A DNA stretch of 64,000 nt, from contig JAZUBK010000003.1 in the NCBI GenBank assembly GCA_045638465.1, positions 22,455 to 86,454 of the forward strand. Direction: 5' to 3'. Below, piece by piece: positions 47,800-56,972 of the stretch; the first letter of the stretch is position 1, and every line of letters starts with the position of its first letter. Below the pieces are notes generated by a model. It ran no database searches. It worked only from the letters and a program-made list of their open reading frames with translations, and had not been told where the DNA came from. Both the position numbers and the translations under genes were made by a program. The stretch comes from Clostridia bacterium (GTDB taxonomy: Bacteria > Bacillota > Clostridia > Christensenellales > UBA1242).

Positions 47800-48141
47800 A
47801 TGATACGGCGTGGGGATATCTTCTATGCGGACCTAAGCCCTGTGGTTGGTAGTGAACAAGGTGGGTTAAGACCGATACTTATTCTGCAAAATGATATAGG
47901 CAATAGATATAGCCCAACAGTTATTGCGGCTGCTATTACTAGCAAACTAAACAAAGCAAAATTGCCAACTCATATTGAACTATCTTGCATAGAATACGGA
48001 CTTGAAAAAGACTCTGTTGTTTTGTTAGAGCAAATACGAACCTTAGATAAATCACGCCTAAAAGAGAAAGTATCAACATTGTCTGAAATTAAGATGCAAG
48101 AAGTAAATAGAGCTATGCTTATAAGTTTGGGTGTGGTATAA
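47800..48141 (+). CDS. mazF: MazF/EndoA (PemK family) mRNA interferase toxin
   Basis: [35 protein letters not shown]......KLPTH and [14 protein letters not shown] are near-identical in pattern to B. subtilis EndoA. Confidence 0.9.
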   Translation: MIRRGDIFYADLSPVVGSEQGGLRPILILQNDIGNRYSPTVIAAAITSKLNKAKLPTHIELSCIEYGLEKDSVVLLEQIRTLDKSRLKEKVSTLSEIKMQEVNRAMLISLGVV

Positions 48142-48278
48142 AAAAATTATTAGCCTTACTGAGTGTCAGTGGGCTTTTTTTTATTTTTACAAAAACTTTT
48201 TTGATAAAAGATGTCGATTTTGATTTTGGATTATTTTGATATTTTTTGTTAAACTTTGGCCTTTTTAGAAGTTTTAAT

Positions 48279-48308
48279 TTGACTAATTATAATAATAAAA
48301 AGTATAAT
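48279..48308 (+). promoter_or_regulatory. Promoter placed for a leaderless lgt transcript
   Basis: TTGACT, an 18-nt spacer, then TATAAT ending at 48308. The ATG at 48315 lies 7 nt downstream with no SD. Confidence 0.4.
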
Positions 48309-48314
48309 AACAGT

Positions 48315-49340
48315 ATGAGATATAGTACTTTATTAAATCCAGGTTTTAGCTTTTTTGGATTGTGGGAAATAAAGTGGTATGGGGTAATAATGGCCGCATC
48401 TATGCTTTGTGGTATTTTACTTGCATTTTACACCTGCAAAAAGAAAGGCTATAGTACCGATATAATATTTGATTTGGCCTTGGCTATTTTGCCACTTGCG
48501 ATTGTCGGTGCAAGATTATACTTTTGCATCTTTTATGGTGTAGATAGTTTTGGTGAGATTTTTGCCATTTGGAATGGTGGCATGGCAATTTACGGTGGCG
48601 TAATCGGTGGAATTATCGGAGTGTTTATTGTGTCTAAGGTAAAGAAAATTCCATTTTTGGACCTTTGCGACATCGCAGCTCCTTGCCTTATTTTGGGTCA
48701 ATGTTTGGGTAGATGGGGTAACTTTGTTAACCAAGAAGCTTATGGCTATGCAACTGATAGTATGCAATTTTTTCCATTTTCAGTATTTATCGAAAATTGT
48801 AATCAAGCAGTATGTAGTTGCGGAGGAAGAGGTTGGCATATGGCAACATTTTTCTACGAAAGTTTTTGGAACGCAATAGGTGTTGTTGTTCTGCTTATTA
48901 TCTTAAATAAGATAAAACTAAGAGGCATCACAACTGCAAGTTACTTTGTATATTATGGCCTAGGAAGATCTATTATTGAAGGTATGAGGACAGATAGCCT
49001 TATGTTCTTAGGGCTTAGAGTTTCTCAATGGCTTAGTATCGGTCTTATCATTTTGGGCGTGGTGATGATTGTACTTATTTATCTAAAATACAAAAAAGAC
49101 CCGCAGTCAGTCTTGACACTTTTACCAGTTTCAGGAGAAAAAGCAGATTTAGAATCTTTAGACGAAAAATCAAGCGATGAAAAGGTTGAAGAAAAAAAGA
49201 CAAAGGCTGAAACCGATAATAAAAAAACAAAAAAATTAACCGACGAAAAAACAGAAGAGAAGGCAAAAACAAAAACTGCCGTTAAAGAAAAAAATAAAGA
49301 AAAATCACCTATAGATAAATCTACAAGTGAGGACAACTAA
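48315..49340 (+). CDS. lgt: Prolipoprotein diacylglyceryl transferase with a roughly 85-aa Lys/Glu-rich C-terminal extension
   Basis: WYG, IWNGGMAIYGG and GQCLGRWGNFVNQEAYG motifs. The start is chosen by alignment to Lgt N-termini. Confidence 0.85.
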   Translation: MRYSTLLNPGFSFFGLWEIKWYGVIMAASMLCGILLAFYTCKKKGYSTDIIFDLALAILPLAIVGARLYFCIFYGVDSFGEIFAIWNGGMAIYGGVIGGIIGVFIVSKVKKIPFLDLCDIAAPCLILGQCLGRWGNFVNQEAYGYATDSMQFFPFSVFIENCNQAVCSCGGRGWHMATFFYESFWNAIGVVVLLIILNKIKLRGITTASYFVYYGLGRSIIEGMRTDSLMFLGLRVSQWLSIGLIILGVVMIVLIYLKYKKDPQSVLTLLPVSGEKADLESLDEKSSDEKVEEKKTKAETDNKKTKKLTDEKTEEKAKTKTAVKEKNKEKSPIDKSTSEDN

Positions 49341-49342
49341 AA

Positions 49343-50164
49343 ATGAACGATTTTACAATAATAAAACATGGATATAACCCAGACGAAGTTGATAACTATA
49401 TTATCAGACTAAAGGCAGACTATGAAACAAAATTGTCTGAGCAAAAAGATAGAATCTTTTATCTAAAAAATCAACTTGATACTATCACTCGTTCTAGCGA
49501 AAGGGAATTAATGGTTGCCCTTGCTAACGCCGTTGAAAAAGCAAAACAAATAGAAATTAGTTCTAGAAACATTTTTGAACTAGAAACAAAAAGATTGAAA
49601 CTTTTGTATTCAAAAATGGATTCGCTTATTGCAAATATGGAAGAAGATGCATCTATTGAGGCTTTCAAACAGCAGATGCTCACACATATGGCTGAGTGTA
49701 AACTATCTTTGGACAAGAATATTGAACTTCAAGCAAGAGCTATGAATATGGTAGACACCGAAAACCCAGTTCGTAAACTTCTTCAAAAAATGAACGGAAA
49801 GACAACTTCTTTAAATCTAAAAAACATCGAAAGTTTTGTTGAAAGTCCAATCGAGCCAGAAAACAAAAAACCAGCTCCAAAACTAGAAAAGAAAGAGCCA
49901 AGACCTGCTCCTAAAAAGCAAGTTAGAGAAGTAAAACCTACATTTAATAAATTTTTGAAAGAAGATACTACATCTAACAAAAACTTTGAAAGTATTATGT
50001 TTAAAAATACTGGCAAACAAAAGAAGAATAATTCAGTAATAACTGCAGATTTATCTTACCCAACTCCTAACGAAAGTGGTTTTGACCTAAAAGAGGCAGT
50101 AAACCCAAAAGATGATTTGTCAGAAATTATGAAAGCCTTTGACTTCTTTACCGACGGTAATTAA
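49343..50164 (+). CDS. DivIVA-domain protein
   Basis: N-terminal F....GYNPDEVDNYI motif followed by coiled-coil and a basic low-complexity region. Confidence 0.7.
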   Translation: MNDFTIIKHGYNPDEVDNYIIRLKADYETKLSEQKDRIFYLKNQLDTITRSSERELMVALANAVEKAKQIEISSRNIFELETKRLKLLYSKMDSLIANMEEDASIEAFKQQMLTHMAECKLSLDKNIELQARAMNMVDTENPVRKLLQKMNGKTTSLNLKNIESFVESPIEPENKKPAPKLEKKEPRPAPKKQVREVKPTFNKFLKEDTTSNKNFESIMFKNTGKQKKNNSVITADLSYPTPNESGFDLKEAVNPKDDLSEIMKAFDFFTDGN

Positions 50165-50217
50165 TTATTAATCGTTTTGGAAGTTAATAGTTGCTTGAAA
50201 AACTTACAATAACACAA

Positions 50218-50253
50218 TAAAAAAACCTACTAAAAAGTTAGTAGGTTTTTTTG
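50218..50253. terminator. Bidirectional terminator between convergent genes
   Basis: Stem cctacta/tagtagg with a 6-nt loop, flanked by A8 and T7 runs. Confidence 0.7.
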
Positions 50254-50255
50254 TT

Positions 50256-51446
50256 TTATATTACTATGTCTGCCATCATACAACCAAGGTATACATCTGA
50301 CATTTCTTCTTCTGATATTACGTTGAAGTAATCATTTTTTAGCGACTCATAGACCTCTGTGATGTCTGCCTTTAGTTGTGGGTTTTGGAATCTGCCAATC
50401 ATTCTTTCTATTTTGATAATAGAAGTTTTGATGTTGTCTTTTGATTTATCGGTGACATTTTTTGTAACTTCTTGCAACAACATTGTATCCATAAATCTAA
50501 TTATTTCATTAGAAATTGCATTTAGCGATTCATCGGCAGTTTCTGGTTTTACACAGGCTTTGGCATATGTTTTTATAAGAGAAACTTTTAATTTTTCCTT
50601 TAAATCATCAAGGTTAGATTCTACGGCTTTTGATGTAAGGGTAGCGTCATAACATTTTAGGTATTTGTCGGTGTTGACTAGTATATCTTTATACATTTTT
50701 CCGACGAACCTATAAAAGTCAATCTTTGCATAGCCAGGTTTATTTTTTAGAGTAGGCAAAATTTCTTTACGGATAAAAAATTGTAAGTGCTCTTTTATCT
50801 TTTCGATAAAGCGCTTTTTAGCAATAGCAGTTTCGCCTTTGTTTTTCTCCATAAGTCTGCGCATACGTATTTCGTGTTCTTTCTTTGCTAGTTCCCTTTG
50901 ATACTCTAGTTCTTCGTCTATATTAATAATAGGGTTGTGTGCGATACACTCAAAAAAGTACAAATATTCTTGACTAAACATTTGGTATATATGCTCAAGA
51001 TATTCGGCATATAGTTTTTTTCTATAAACGCCAAAATGCATAGTTTGTACTATTTTCAAAAGTTTTTCTAGAGCAACTCTATATATTTCTTCATTTTCTG
51101 GAGTGCGGTTTGGCCAATAATCTTCGTCCGTTTCTAGATTGTAATATTCTAGCATAAAGTCATTGCGATTTGGTGCAAACTCTTCTTGAGCGCAGTTTAT
51201 TATCTTGACAACTCTTCTACTATTTAGCTTACGCAAAATAGCCCCTATAGGTCTGTATACAGCCAAGTGATGGTTGTTATCTTCTGGTTGTGGAATAACT
51301 AAAAAAGCAAGTACATATTTTCCTTTGTACTTTCTAAAGACAGGAGGCAAAATATCAATATTTTTGCAAGGATTGATTTTTGCAAACTCTTCTTTGTATT
51401 CGTCTTCCATTTGCATCACTTCGTGATATTTGTATAAACTGTACAT
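50256..51446 (-). CDS. Hypothetical protein (396 aa), no recognisable domain
   Basis: ATG at 51446 with an AGGAGA RBS and an upstream TATAAT. Long ORF, helical and charged composition. Confidence 0.7.
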   Translation of the reverse strand: MYSLYKYHEVMQMEDEYKEEFAKINPCKNIDILPPVFRKYKGKYVLAFLVIPQPEDNNHHLAVYRPIGAILRKLNSRRVVKIINCAQEEFAPNRNDFMLEYYNLETDEDYWPNRTPENEEIYRVALEKLLKIVQTMHFGVYRKKLYAEYLEHIYQMFSQEYLYFFECIAHNPIINIDEELEYQRELAKKEHEIRMRRLMEKNKGETAIAKKRFIEKIKEHLQFFIRKEILPTLKNKPGYAKIDFYRFVGKMYKDILVNTDKYLKCYDATLTSKAVESNLDDLKEKLKVSLIKTYAKACVKPETADESLNAISNEIIRFMDTMLLQEVTKNVTDKSKDNIKTSIIKIERMIGRFQNPQLKADITEVYESLKNDYFNVISEEEMSDVYLGCMMADIVI

Positions 51447-51562
51447 ACTTTCTCCTAAAAAATATTATACCTAAAAAATCGTTACTTGTAAAGACAAAAA
51501 ATTTTATATCAAAATATAAACCTTTATTAGGAGTTTTGCATATAAAAACAAAAGGAGTTTTT

Positions 51563-53335
51563 ATGTGCGGAATAACAGGTATTATTACAAATAATAATTT
51601 ATCAAAAAAATTACTTGCCGAACTTAGCAAGTTAGAATATAGAGGTTATGACTCTGCAGGTATTACTATAAGTAGTGGTGGAGAGTTTATTACAACCAAG
51701 CAAATAGGCGAAGTAGAGAGGCTAAAGGAAAAAGTCAATTTTGGAATAGAAGGAAGTTACGGCATAGGCCATACTAGATGGGCAACTCATGGCAAGATTA
51801 ATCTTAGCAACTGTCACCCTCATATATCGTCTAGTGGTCAGTGGGCTATTGTACACAATGGTATAATCGAAAATTATTTGGAACTAAAAACTTTGCTCGA
51901 AAAGAAAGGTTTGTCTTTTTCGTCGGCAACAGATAGCGAGGTTGTAGCTAACCTTTTAGACGACAGTAAATCTTATGATATAAAAGGTATAATAAATGCC
52001 TTAAAAAATATCAAAGGCTCATATGCACTTGCTATGATAAATAAATACATAGCCAACAAAATTTTTCTTGCAAGACAAGACAGCCCACTATATGTGGCAA
52101 AATGTGGAGAGGATATTGTTGTTAGCAGCGACATAGTGTCTTTTTATGATAAAGCAAAAGAGTTTTGGGCGCTTGATAATGGTGAGTTCGCAGAAGTTTC
52201 TTCTGAGCAAATATTGTTTTTTGATAAGAGTGGAAAGATGATAGAAAAAGCCCCTAGACAACTTTTTGAGACAAACTCAAAAGCTGATAAGGGCGATAAT
52301 AAACATTTTATGCTCAAAGAAATATTCGAAGTTCCAACATTATTAAAAGACGTGTATAGATATTATACCAATAATGACGAACTAATATATGATATGAAAA
52401 GGCTTATAAAAAATAGTAGCCAAATAATCTTTGTTGGTTGTGGCACTGCATATCACTCAGCACTTATCGGTCAAAGTTTTTTGCAACAAAAAGTGCATAA
52501 GCCTATATCTACGCATATTGCTAGTGAGTTTTTGTATGATAGTACCCATATTGATCCTAATACCCTTGCAATATTTGTCAGTCAAAGCGGTGAAACGGCG
52601 GATACTATTTCTTCTCTAAAAAAGGCAAAAGAAAAAGGCGCAACAACTATTGCTATAACAAACAATGTAAATAGCAGTCTTGCGTTTTTGTCCGACTATA
52701 CATTGCCTGTTTTGGCGGGGGTAGAGATTGCGGTTGCCTCAACCAAGGCATATAATTGCCAGTGTTTTGTGATGAACATGCTATCTTCTTTTGCTAGTGG
52801 TGGAATTGGTTATACCAAGAATTTTGATGAACTGGTTTATGCGATTTCAAATGTAGATAGCGGGTTGTGTTTTGACATAGCCCAAAAGTTAAAGCAAGAG
52901 AAAAGTGTGTTTTTTATGGGTAGGGGAGTCGATTATATCACAAGTTTAGAGGGCAGCCTCAAACTTAAAGAAATATCTTATATAAATTCGGTTGCATGTC
53001 CTAGCGGCGAACTAAAGCACGGCACTCTTGCTCTTATCGAAAAAGGAACTATGGTTTTGATGACAATAACAGACCGGTCGCTTAAAGACAAAAGTATAGT
53101 ATCTTTGCAAGAGATAAAAACGCGAGGGGCAAAATTAATTGTCTTATCTCCGTTTGCCGAGGTAAAAGATTATCTAGAAAGTGAAGATATATTTGTGCCG
53201 TTGCCAAATCTCAATGAACAAACCTATCAAGTGGCTACAAGCTATTATCAACTGATTGCATACTATACTAGCACCCTAAAAAACATTAACCCCGACAAGC
53301 CTAGAAACCTTGCCAAGTCAGTGACAGTAGAGTAA
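51563..53335 (+). CDS. glmS: Glutamine--fructose-6-phosphate aminotransferase
   Basis: Begins MCGI (catalytic Cys2) with a GGAG RBS. GHTRWATHG, two SIS domains, and ends ...NLAKSVTVE. The upstream 183 nt of the track ORF overlap the divergent gene and are not coding. Confidence 0.95.
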   Translation: MCGITGIITNNNLSKKLLAELSKLEYRGYDSAGITISSGGEFITTKQIGEVERLKEKVNFGIEGSYGIGHTRWATHGKINLSNCHPHISSSGQWAIVHNGIIENYLELKTLLEKKGLSFSSATDSEVVANLLDDSKSYDIKGIINALKNIKGSYALAMINKYIANKIFLARQDSPLYVAKCGEDIVVSSDIVSFYDKAKEFWALDNGEFAEVSSEQILFFDKSGKMIEKAPRQLFETNSKADKGDNKHFMLKEIFEVPTLLKDVYRYYTNNDELIYDMKRLIKNSSQIIFVGCGTAYHSALIGQSFLQQKVHKPISTHIASEFLYDSTHIDPNTLAIFVSQSGETADTISSLKKAKEKGATTIAITNNVNSSLAFLSDYTLPVLAGVEIAVASTKAYNCQCFVMNMLSSFASGGIGYTKNFDELVYAISNVDSGLCFDIAQKLKQEKSVFFMGRGVDYITSLEGSLKLKEISYINSVACPSGELKHGTLALIEKGTMVLMTITDRSLKDKSIVSLQEIKTRGAKLIVLSPFAEVKDYLESEDIFVPLPNLNEQTYQVATSYYQLIAYYTSTLKNINPDKPRNLAKSVTVE

Positions 53336-53336
53336 A

Positions 53337-53368
53337 TAAAAAAACACCTACAAAATAGGTGTTTTTTG
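53337..53368. terminator. Bidirectional terminator
   Basis: Stem acaccta/taggtgt with a 5-nt loop, flanked by A7 and T6 runs. Confidence 0.7.
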
Positions 53369-53377
53369 ATTTGCATA

Positions 53378-54049
53378 TTATGTGCAAGTCTTTCTATAAG
53401 ATTGCAATTTGTCATCAAAATAAATATTTTGAGAAGTCTTTACTTTAACGCCACCTCTAAGGTCTACTTCAAGTAGCTCTTTAAAGAAGTTTAAAGCAAG
53501 GGTGTTTTGTCTAGCAAAATACTCTACATAAAAAGAATTATACCTTCCGCCGATATTGGCAAACTCAACCAATCCCAAAGTGATATTGTATAAGGTATAA
53601 GTTTTGTCCTTATTTGAAACGCTAAGAAGGATAGAACTTCTCAAGTTATTATCGTTACGAATAGCTTTATTTTCTTTTTCTAGTGCATCTTTTGGTTTTG
53701 GTTCTAGTTTCAATACACCTTCAAGGGTAATAGTTTTTGCATCTAAACAACTAATCATCGGTGAAATTTCGCAGATGAAATCAGAAAACTTACGGAAAAG
53801 GTCTTTATTATCAAAAGCCGCAACAACTTCTTTTGTTGGTACGTTAAATTCGCCTTTCTTGTCATAAAACTTGATATATTCTTCTTGAACAAGTCTTACT
53901 TTACAATCAGGGCAGGTATCTATAAAATCATTACTATCCATAAAATCACGAGCTGCTTGGGCCATATGAGAACTAAAACTTCTCAAATCATAATTTTGGA
54001 AAGTTCTTCTGCATTTAGGGCAGATATAGTTTATTTCGTCTACTATCAT
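53378..54049 (-). CDS. Hypothetical zinc-ribbon protein (223 aa)
   Basis: ATG at 54049 with an AGGAGA RBS. CPKCRR...CPDCK at the N-terminus. Confidence 0.65.
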   Translation of the reverse strand: MIVDEINYICPKCRRTFQNYDLRSFSSHMAQAARDFMDSNDFIDTCPDCKVRLVQEEYIKFYDKKGEFNVPTKEVVAAFDNKDLFRKFSDFICEISPMISCLDAKTITLEGVLKLEPKPKDALEKENKAIRNDNNLRSSILLSVSNKDKTYTLYNITLGLVEFANIGGRYNSFYVEYFARQNTLALNFFKELLEVDLRGGVKVKTSQNIYFDDKLQSYRKTCT

Positions 54050-54219
54050 AATAATTCTCCTATACTTACATTTTATCAAAGAGCAAAAAAAATAGCAATT
54101 TTTGTAATAAAAAAAGTCAAAAAAAGAGTATAAATACCCAAACTTTACTCAAAATAAAGGTATGATAAACAAAATAAAAAATTTTTTCAAAAAAATCTTA
54201 AAAAAGTTTTAAATTTTTA

Positions 54220-54248
54220 TTGACATTTATTTTTATAAATGTTATTAT
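54220..54248 (+). promoter_or_regulatory. Sigma-A promoter for tRNA-Asn
   Basis: TTGACA, a 17-nt spacer, then TGtTATTAT. It lies 30 nt upstream of the tRNA 5' end. Confidence 0.6.
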
Positions 54249-54277
54249 GATTGAGCATTGAGTTGATGCAGCTATAT

Positions 54278-54352
54278 TCCTCGATAGCTCAATGGTGGAG
54301 CAACCGGCTGTTAACCGGTAGGTTGTAGGTTCGAGCCCTACTCGGGGAGCCA
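54278..54352 (+). tRNA. tRNA-Asn (anticodon GTT), CCA encoded
   Basis: Hand-folded cloverleaf. Acceptor tcctcga/tcgggga (one G-U), D arm gctc/gagc, anticodon stem accgg/ccggt with loop ctGTTaa, T arm gtagg-ttcgagc-cctac, then G-CCA. 75 nt. Confidence 0.9.
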
Positions 54353-54356
54353 AATT

Positions 54357-54387
54357 AAAAGACAGGTTTTGACCTGTCTTTTTTTTG
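54357..54387 (+). terminator. Rho-independent terminator after the tRNA
   Basis: Perfect 8-bp stem agacaggt/acctgtct with a 4-nt loop and a T8 run. Confidence 0.8.
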
Positions 54388-54466
54388 TGGCTATGATAGA
54401 ATAATTGACGTTTGTATTGCACTGTGTGATATTGACTTTTGGGGCTTTTGGTGGTAGACTGAAAGT

Positions 54467-55060
54467 ATGAGAGATTTTTTGTTTGATGAATTAAAAGGTA
54501 ATAAAGCTGATGGTTCTATATTAGGCCGCTTTGGTAAGAAAGGGATGTCAAAGTCTGATTTGGACTTTTTGGTAAAGTCTGATTTTTACTTGCTTGATAG
54601 GGCTTACCTTATATCAGGAGTGCTTGTAGGATATCACCCTGTTGTTCCTAATGGCATGTTTCCACAGAGGTGGGACTTGAGAACTTGTTATAACTCACCA
54701 AAAGATTTGTCTTATATAAGCACACTTATTACAAACTACGGTAATAATTTTAATTCTTTATATGAGTATTTTGTTATGGATTCTACAGGCAATATACTAT
54801 CTGCCAATCTCAAGGTATCGAGCGAAACCGACGAGCAAGGAGTTATTCACTTGACAACAGATGATGAGTCTTTGGATCAATTTGTTTATCCTGCAGTTTT
54901 GAAAAAATGTAGTTACAAATGTTTTTATTGCCATAATGAGCAGATTGAGAAGTTAGACAAACAAGTGCAGTCTTATGCTGATCAAAAATTGATTGTAAGA
55001 CCTACAGAGTTTAAAAGTGAACCTAGTGTCACCCCAAAAACTGAAGATAGATGCCAATAA
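54467..55060 (+). CDS. Hypothetical protein (197 aa)
   Basis: ORF with a downstream terminator. CxxxCxxC near the C-terminus. I recognise no family. Confidence 0.55.
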   Translation: MRDFLFDELKGNKADGSILGRFGKKGMSKSDLDFLVKSDFYLLDRAYLISGVLVGYHPVVPNGMFPQRWDLRTCYNSPKDLSYISTLITNYGNNFNSLYEYFVMDSTGNILSANLKVSSETDEQGVIHLTTDDESLDQFVYPAVLKKCSYKCFYCHNEQIEKLDKQVQSYADQKLIVRPTEFKSEPSVTPKTEDRCQ

Positions 55061-55066
55061 CAAACG

Positions 55067-55099
55067 CAACCTATAAGTTTTTTATAGGTTGTTTTTTTT
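55067..55099 (+). terminator. Rho-independent terminator
   Basis: 9-bp stem caacctata/tataggttg with a 7-nt loop and a T8 run. Confidence 0.75.
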
Positions 55100-55179
55100 A
55101 TAAAAGAGGTTTTTTGGTAGAGAGTTTGTTTTGATTTGATGAGTTTTGGTGTTATAATAAAGCATCAGGAGAAAAAAAG

Positions 55180-55389
55180 ATGTTGTTAAATGATCCTATA
55201 GAAAAAACCAGCGATTATAAAAAAATAGAAAAAGAATTGCAAAAACTTATAGAAAAAGAAGTAGGCAAGGCAAGGTATCCTGGATATTGCTATCGCTATT
55301 GGGCTGCGAAAAAGAAAATTTTGATGGAAAAATATAATATCGCTTGGAAAAGCCCCTCAGAGCTTAACCCAGATGTTTTATTTGATTGA
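55180..55389 (+). CDS. Small hypothetical protein (69 aa)
   Basis: AGGAG RBS, preceded by the extended -10 element TGtTATAAT. Confidence 0.55.
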   Translation: MLLNDPIEKTSDYKKIEKELQKLIEKEVGKARYPGYCYRYWAAKKKILMEKYNIAWKSPSELNPDVLFD

Positions 55390-55460
55390 GTTTTTGCTTA
55401 TGATAATATATAGATTTGTTTACATTGAGCTAAACTAAATTTTTATTGACGGAGAAAAAT

Positions 55461-55931
55461 ATGAATATAGAAATAATAAAAGATAATGAGTTTGAAGAAA
55501 CACACAATATGATAGCAAGATCATGTAGGGCGTCTTTTCCGCCTTATTACCCACAAGGGTCGATTGATTATGTAATAGATAGTCTAGCGCCAGAAAAGAT
55601 AAAAAATAGAGCCTCTTGGACACACTTTTATGTAGTAAAAGACGAAGGCAAAATTATCGGCTGTGGGGCGATAGGACCATACTGGGGTAGCGAAACTGAA
55701 AGTAGTTTCTTTACAATATTTGTTGACCCAGACTACCAAGGCAAAGGTATTGGTCGCAAGATTATTGAGACCTTAGAAAACGATGAGTATGGCTTGAGAG
55801 CAAACCGCATTGAGATTCCTGCGGGTATGGTTGCTATACCTTTTTATAAAAAAATGGGTTATGAGCACAAAAACGGAGAACTAAACTATGACGATGGGCA
55901 CTTTGCTATGGAGAAGTTTTTTGATAGATAA
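55461..55931 (+). CDS. GNAT family N-acetyltransferase
   Basis: V.P.YQGKGIGRK..E.LE acetyl-CoA-binding motif. ATG at 55461 with a GGAG RBS. Confidence 0.8.
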   Translation: MNIEIIKDNEFEETHNMIARSCRASFPPYYPQGSIDYVIDSLAPEKIKNRASWTHFYVVKDEGKIIGCGAIGPYWGSETESSFFTIFVDPDYQGKGIGRKIIETLENDEYGLRANRIEIPAGMVAIPFYKKMGYEHKNGELNYDDGHFAMEKFFDR

Positions 55932-55962
55932 TAACCACTTAATATGATTTTTTGAGGTGAAG

Positions 55963-56424
55963 ATGCATAACGCTATTTTTTTGGATATAGACGGGGTTAT
56001 TAATAATATAAATACCGATAGGTCAGACAATCCTTATTTGAGCATAGATAGTAGCCTGGTTATGAAATTATCTGAGATTGTGACTATGACCAATTCCAAA
56101 ATATATCTTATTTCTGACTGGAAGAACTTTTGGGAAAGGGATAATAAAGACGAGCAGCACGAAATCGCAAATTATATAGATTATAAACTATCTTGCGAAA
56201 GCCTTGTAATCGAAGACAAGGTAGACGGCGAAAAGATAACAAGGGGCGCAAATATCAAAAACTTTTTGTTATCGCACGATATCAAAAATTTTGTTATCTT
56301 AGACGATATGCCGTTTGACTACAAAAAAGAAGGCCTTTCAAAAAACTTTGTAAAAACAGATATGGAGTTTGGGCTAACCGACGATGATGTCGCCAAGGCA
56401 ATAAAAATACTTAGCAAAAAATAA
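55963..56424 (+). CDS. HAD-superfamily phosphatase-like protein
   Basis: N-terminal IFLDIDGVIN (DxDG nucleophile motif) and a later ILDD. The GTG at 55957 is an alternative start. Confidence 0.6.
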   Translation: MHNAIFLDIDGVINNINTDRSDNPYLSIDSSLVMKLSEIVTMTNSKIYLISDWKNFWERDNKDEQHEIANYIDYKLSCESLVIEDKVDGEKITRGANIKNFLLSHDIKNFVILDDMPFDYKKEGLSKNFVKTDMEFGLTDDDVAKAIKILSKK

Positions 56425-56498
56425 AGGCTGATTATATACTGCAAACTATTGATATTTGGCTTGATTTTGTGGTATAATAATTATATTAGAGGTGTGAA

Positions 56499-56930
56499 AT
56501 GATTATTTTTGGAGCAGACCACGCAGGTTTTGATTTAAAAGAATATCTAAAGACTTATTTATATAACAAAGGCTATGAAATATATGATGCAGGTGCGTTT
56601 GAAGAGGACGCAAATGATTCTTTTGCACAAATCACTCCAAAAGCAATCAAAGTTTTGAAAGAAAATGCAGATAGCAAAGCAGTTATTATTTGCGGCTCTG
56701 GTGTTGGCGTTTGTATCGCTAGTAATAGATTCAAAGGTGTATACGCTGCAAATTGCCACACAGTAGACGAAGTAATCAAGGCAAGAGAGCATAACAATAT
56801 CAACGTGCTAAATCTTGGTGGTAGGGTTATCTCTAAAGCAAAAGCAAAGAAGATGCTTGATGCTTTCCTTGGTGTAGAGCACCTTGGTGGCAAATATACA
56901 GACCGTATGAAAGCTACTGATAACTATTAA
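56499..56930 (+). CDS. rpiB: Ribose-5-phosphate isomerase B (RpiB/LacA/LacB family)
   Basis: IIFGADHAGF.LK, ICGSGVG..IA.NR and REHNN.NVL.LGGRVI. Confidence 0.9.
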   Translation: MIIFGADHAGFDLKEYLKTYLYNKGYEIYDAGAFEEDANDSFAQITPKAIKVLKENADSKAVIICGSGVGVCIASNRFKGVYAANCHTVDEVIKAREHNNINVLNLGGRVISKAKAKKMLDAFLGVEHLGGKYTDRMKATDNY

Positions 56931-56972
56931 TCATATACATATTATATAGGCATTTTTTCATATAAATAAGGT

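Noticed and set aside
51380-51562. N-terminal 61-codon extension of glmS in the ORF track
   Set aside because: It overlaps the start of the divergent gene (50256-51446) and the shared promoter region. GlmS must begin with Met-Cys, and that MCGI start sits at 51563 behind a GGAG RBS.
51447-51562. Looked for a glmS ribozyme in front of glmS, which is common in Firmicutes
   Set aside because: Only 116 nt of very AT-rich DNA is available, and it also has to hold two divergent promoters. I saw none of the GC-rich conserved core segments of the ribozyme. The ribozyme appears to be absent. A covariance-model scan (Rfam RF00234) would confirm this.
54198-54422. 74-aa minus-strand ORF
   Set aside because: It overlaps the hand-folded tRNA-Asn (54278-54352) and its terminator. 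It is an artefact of the tRNA sequence.
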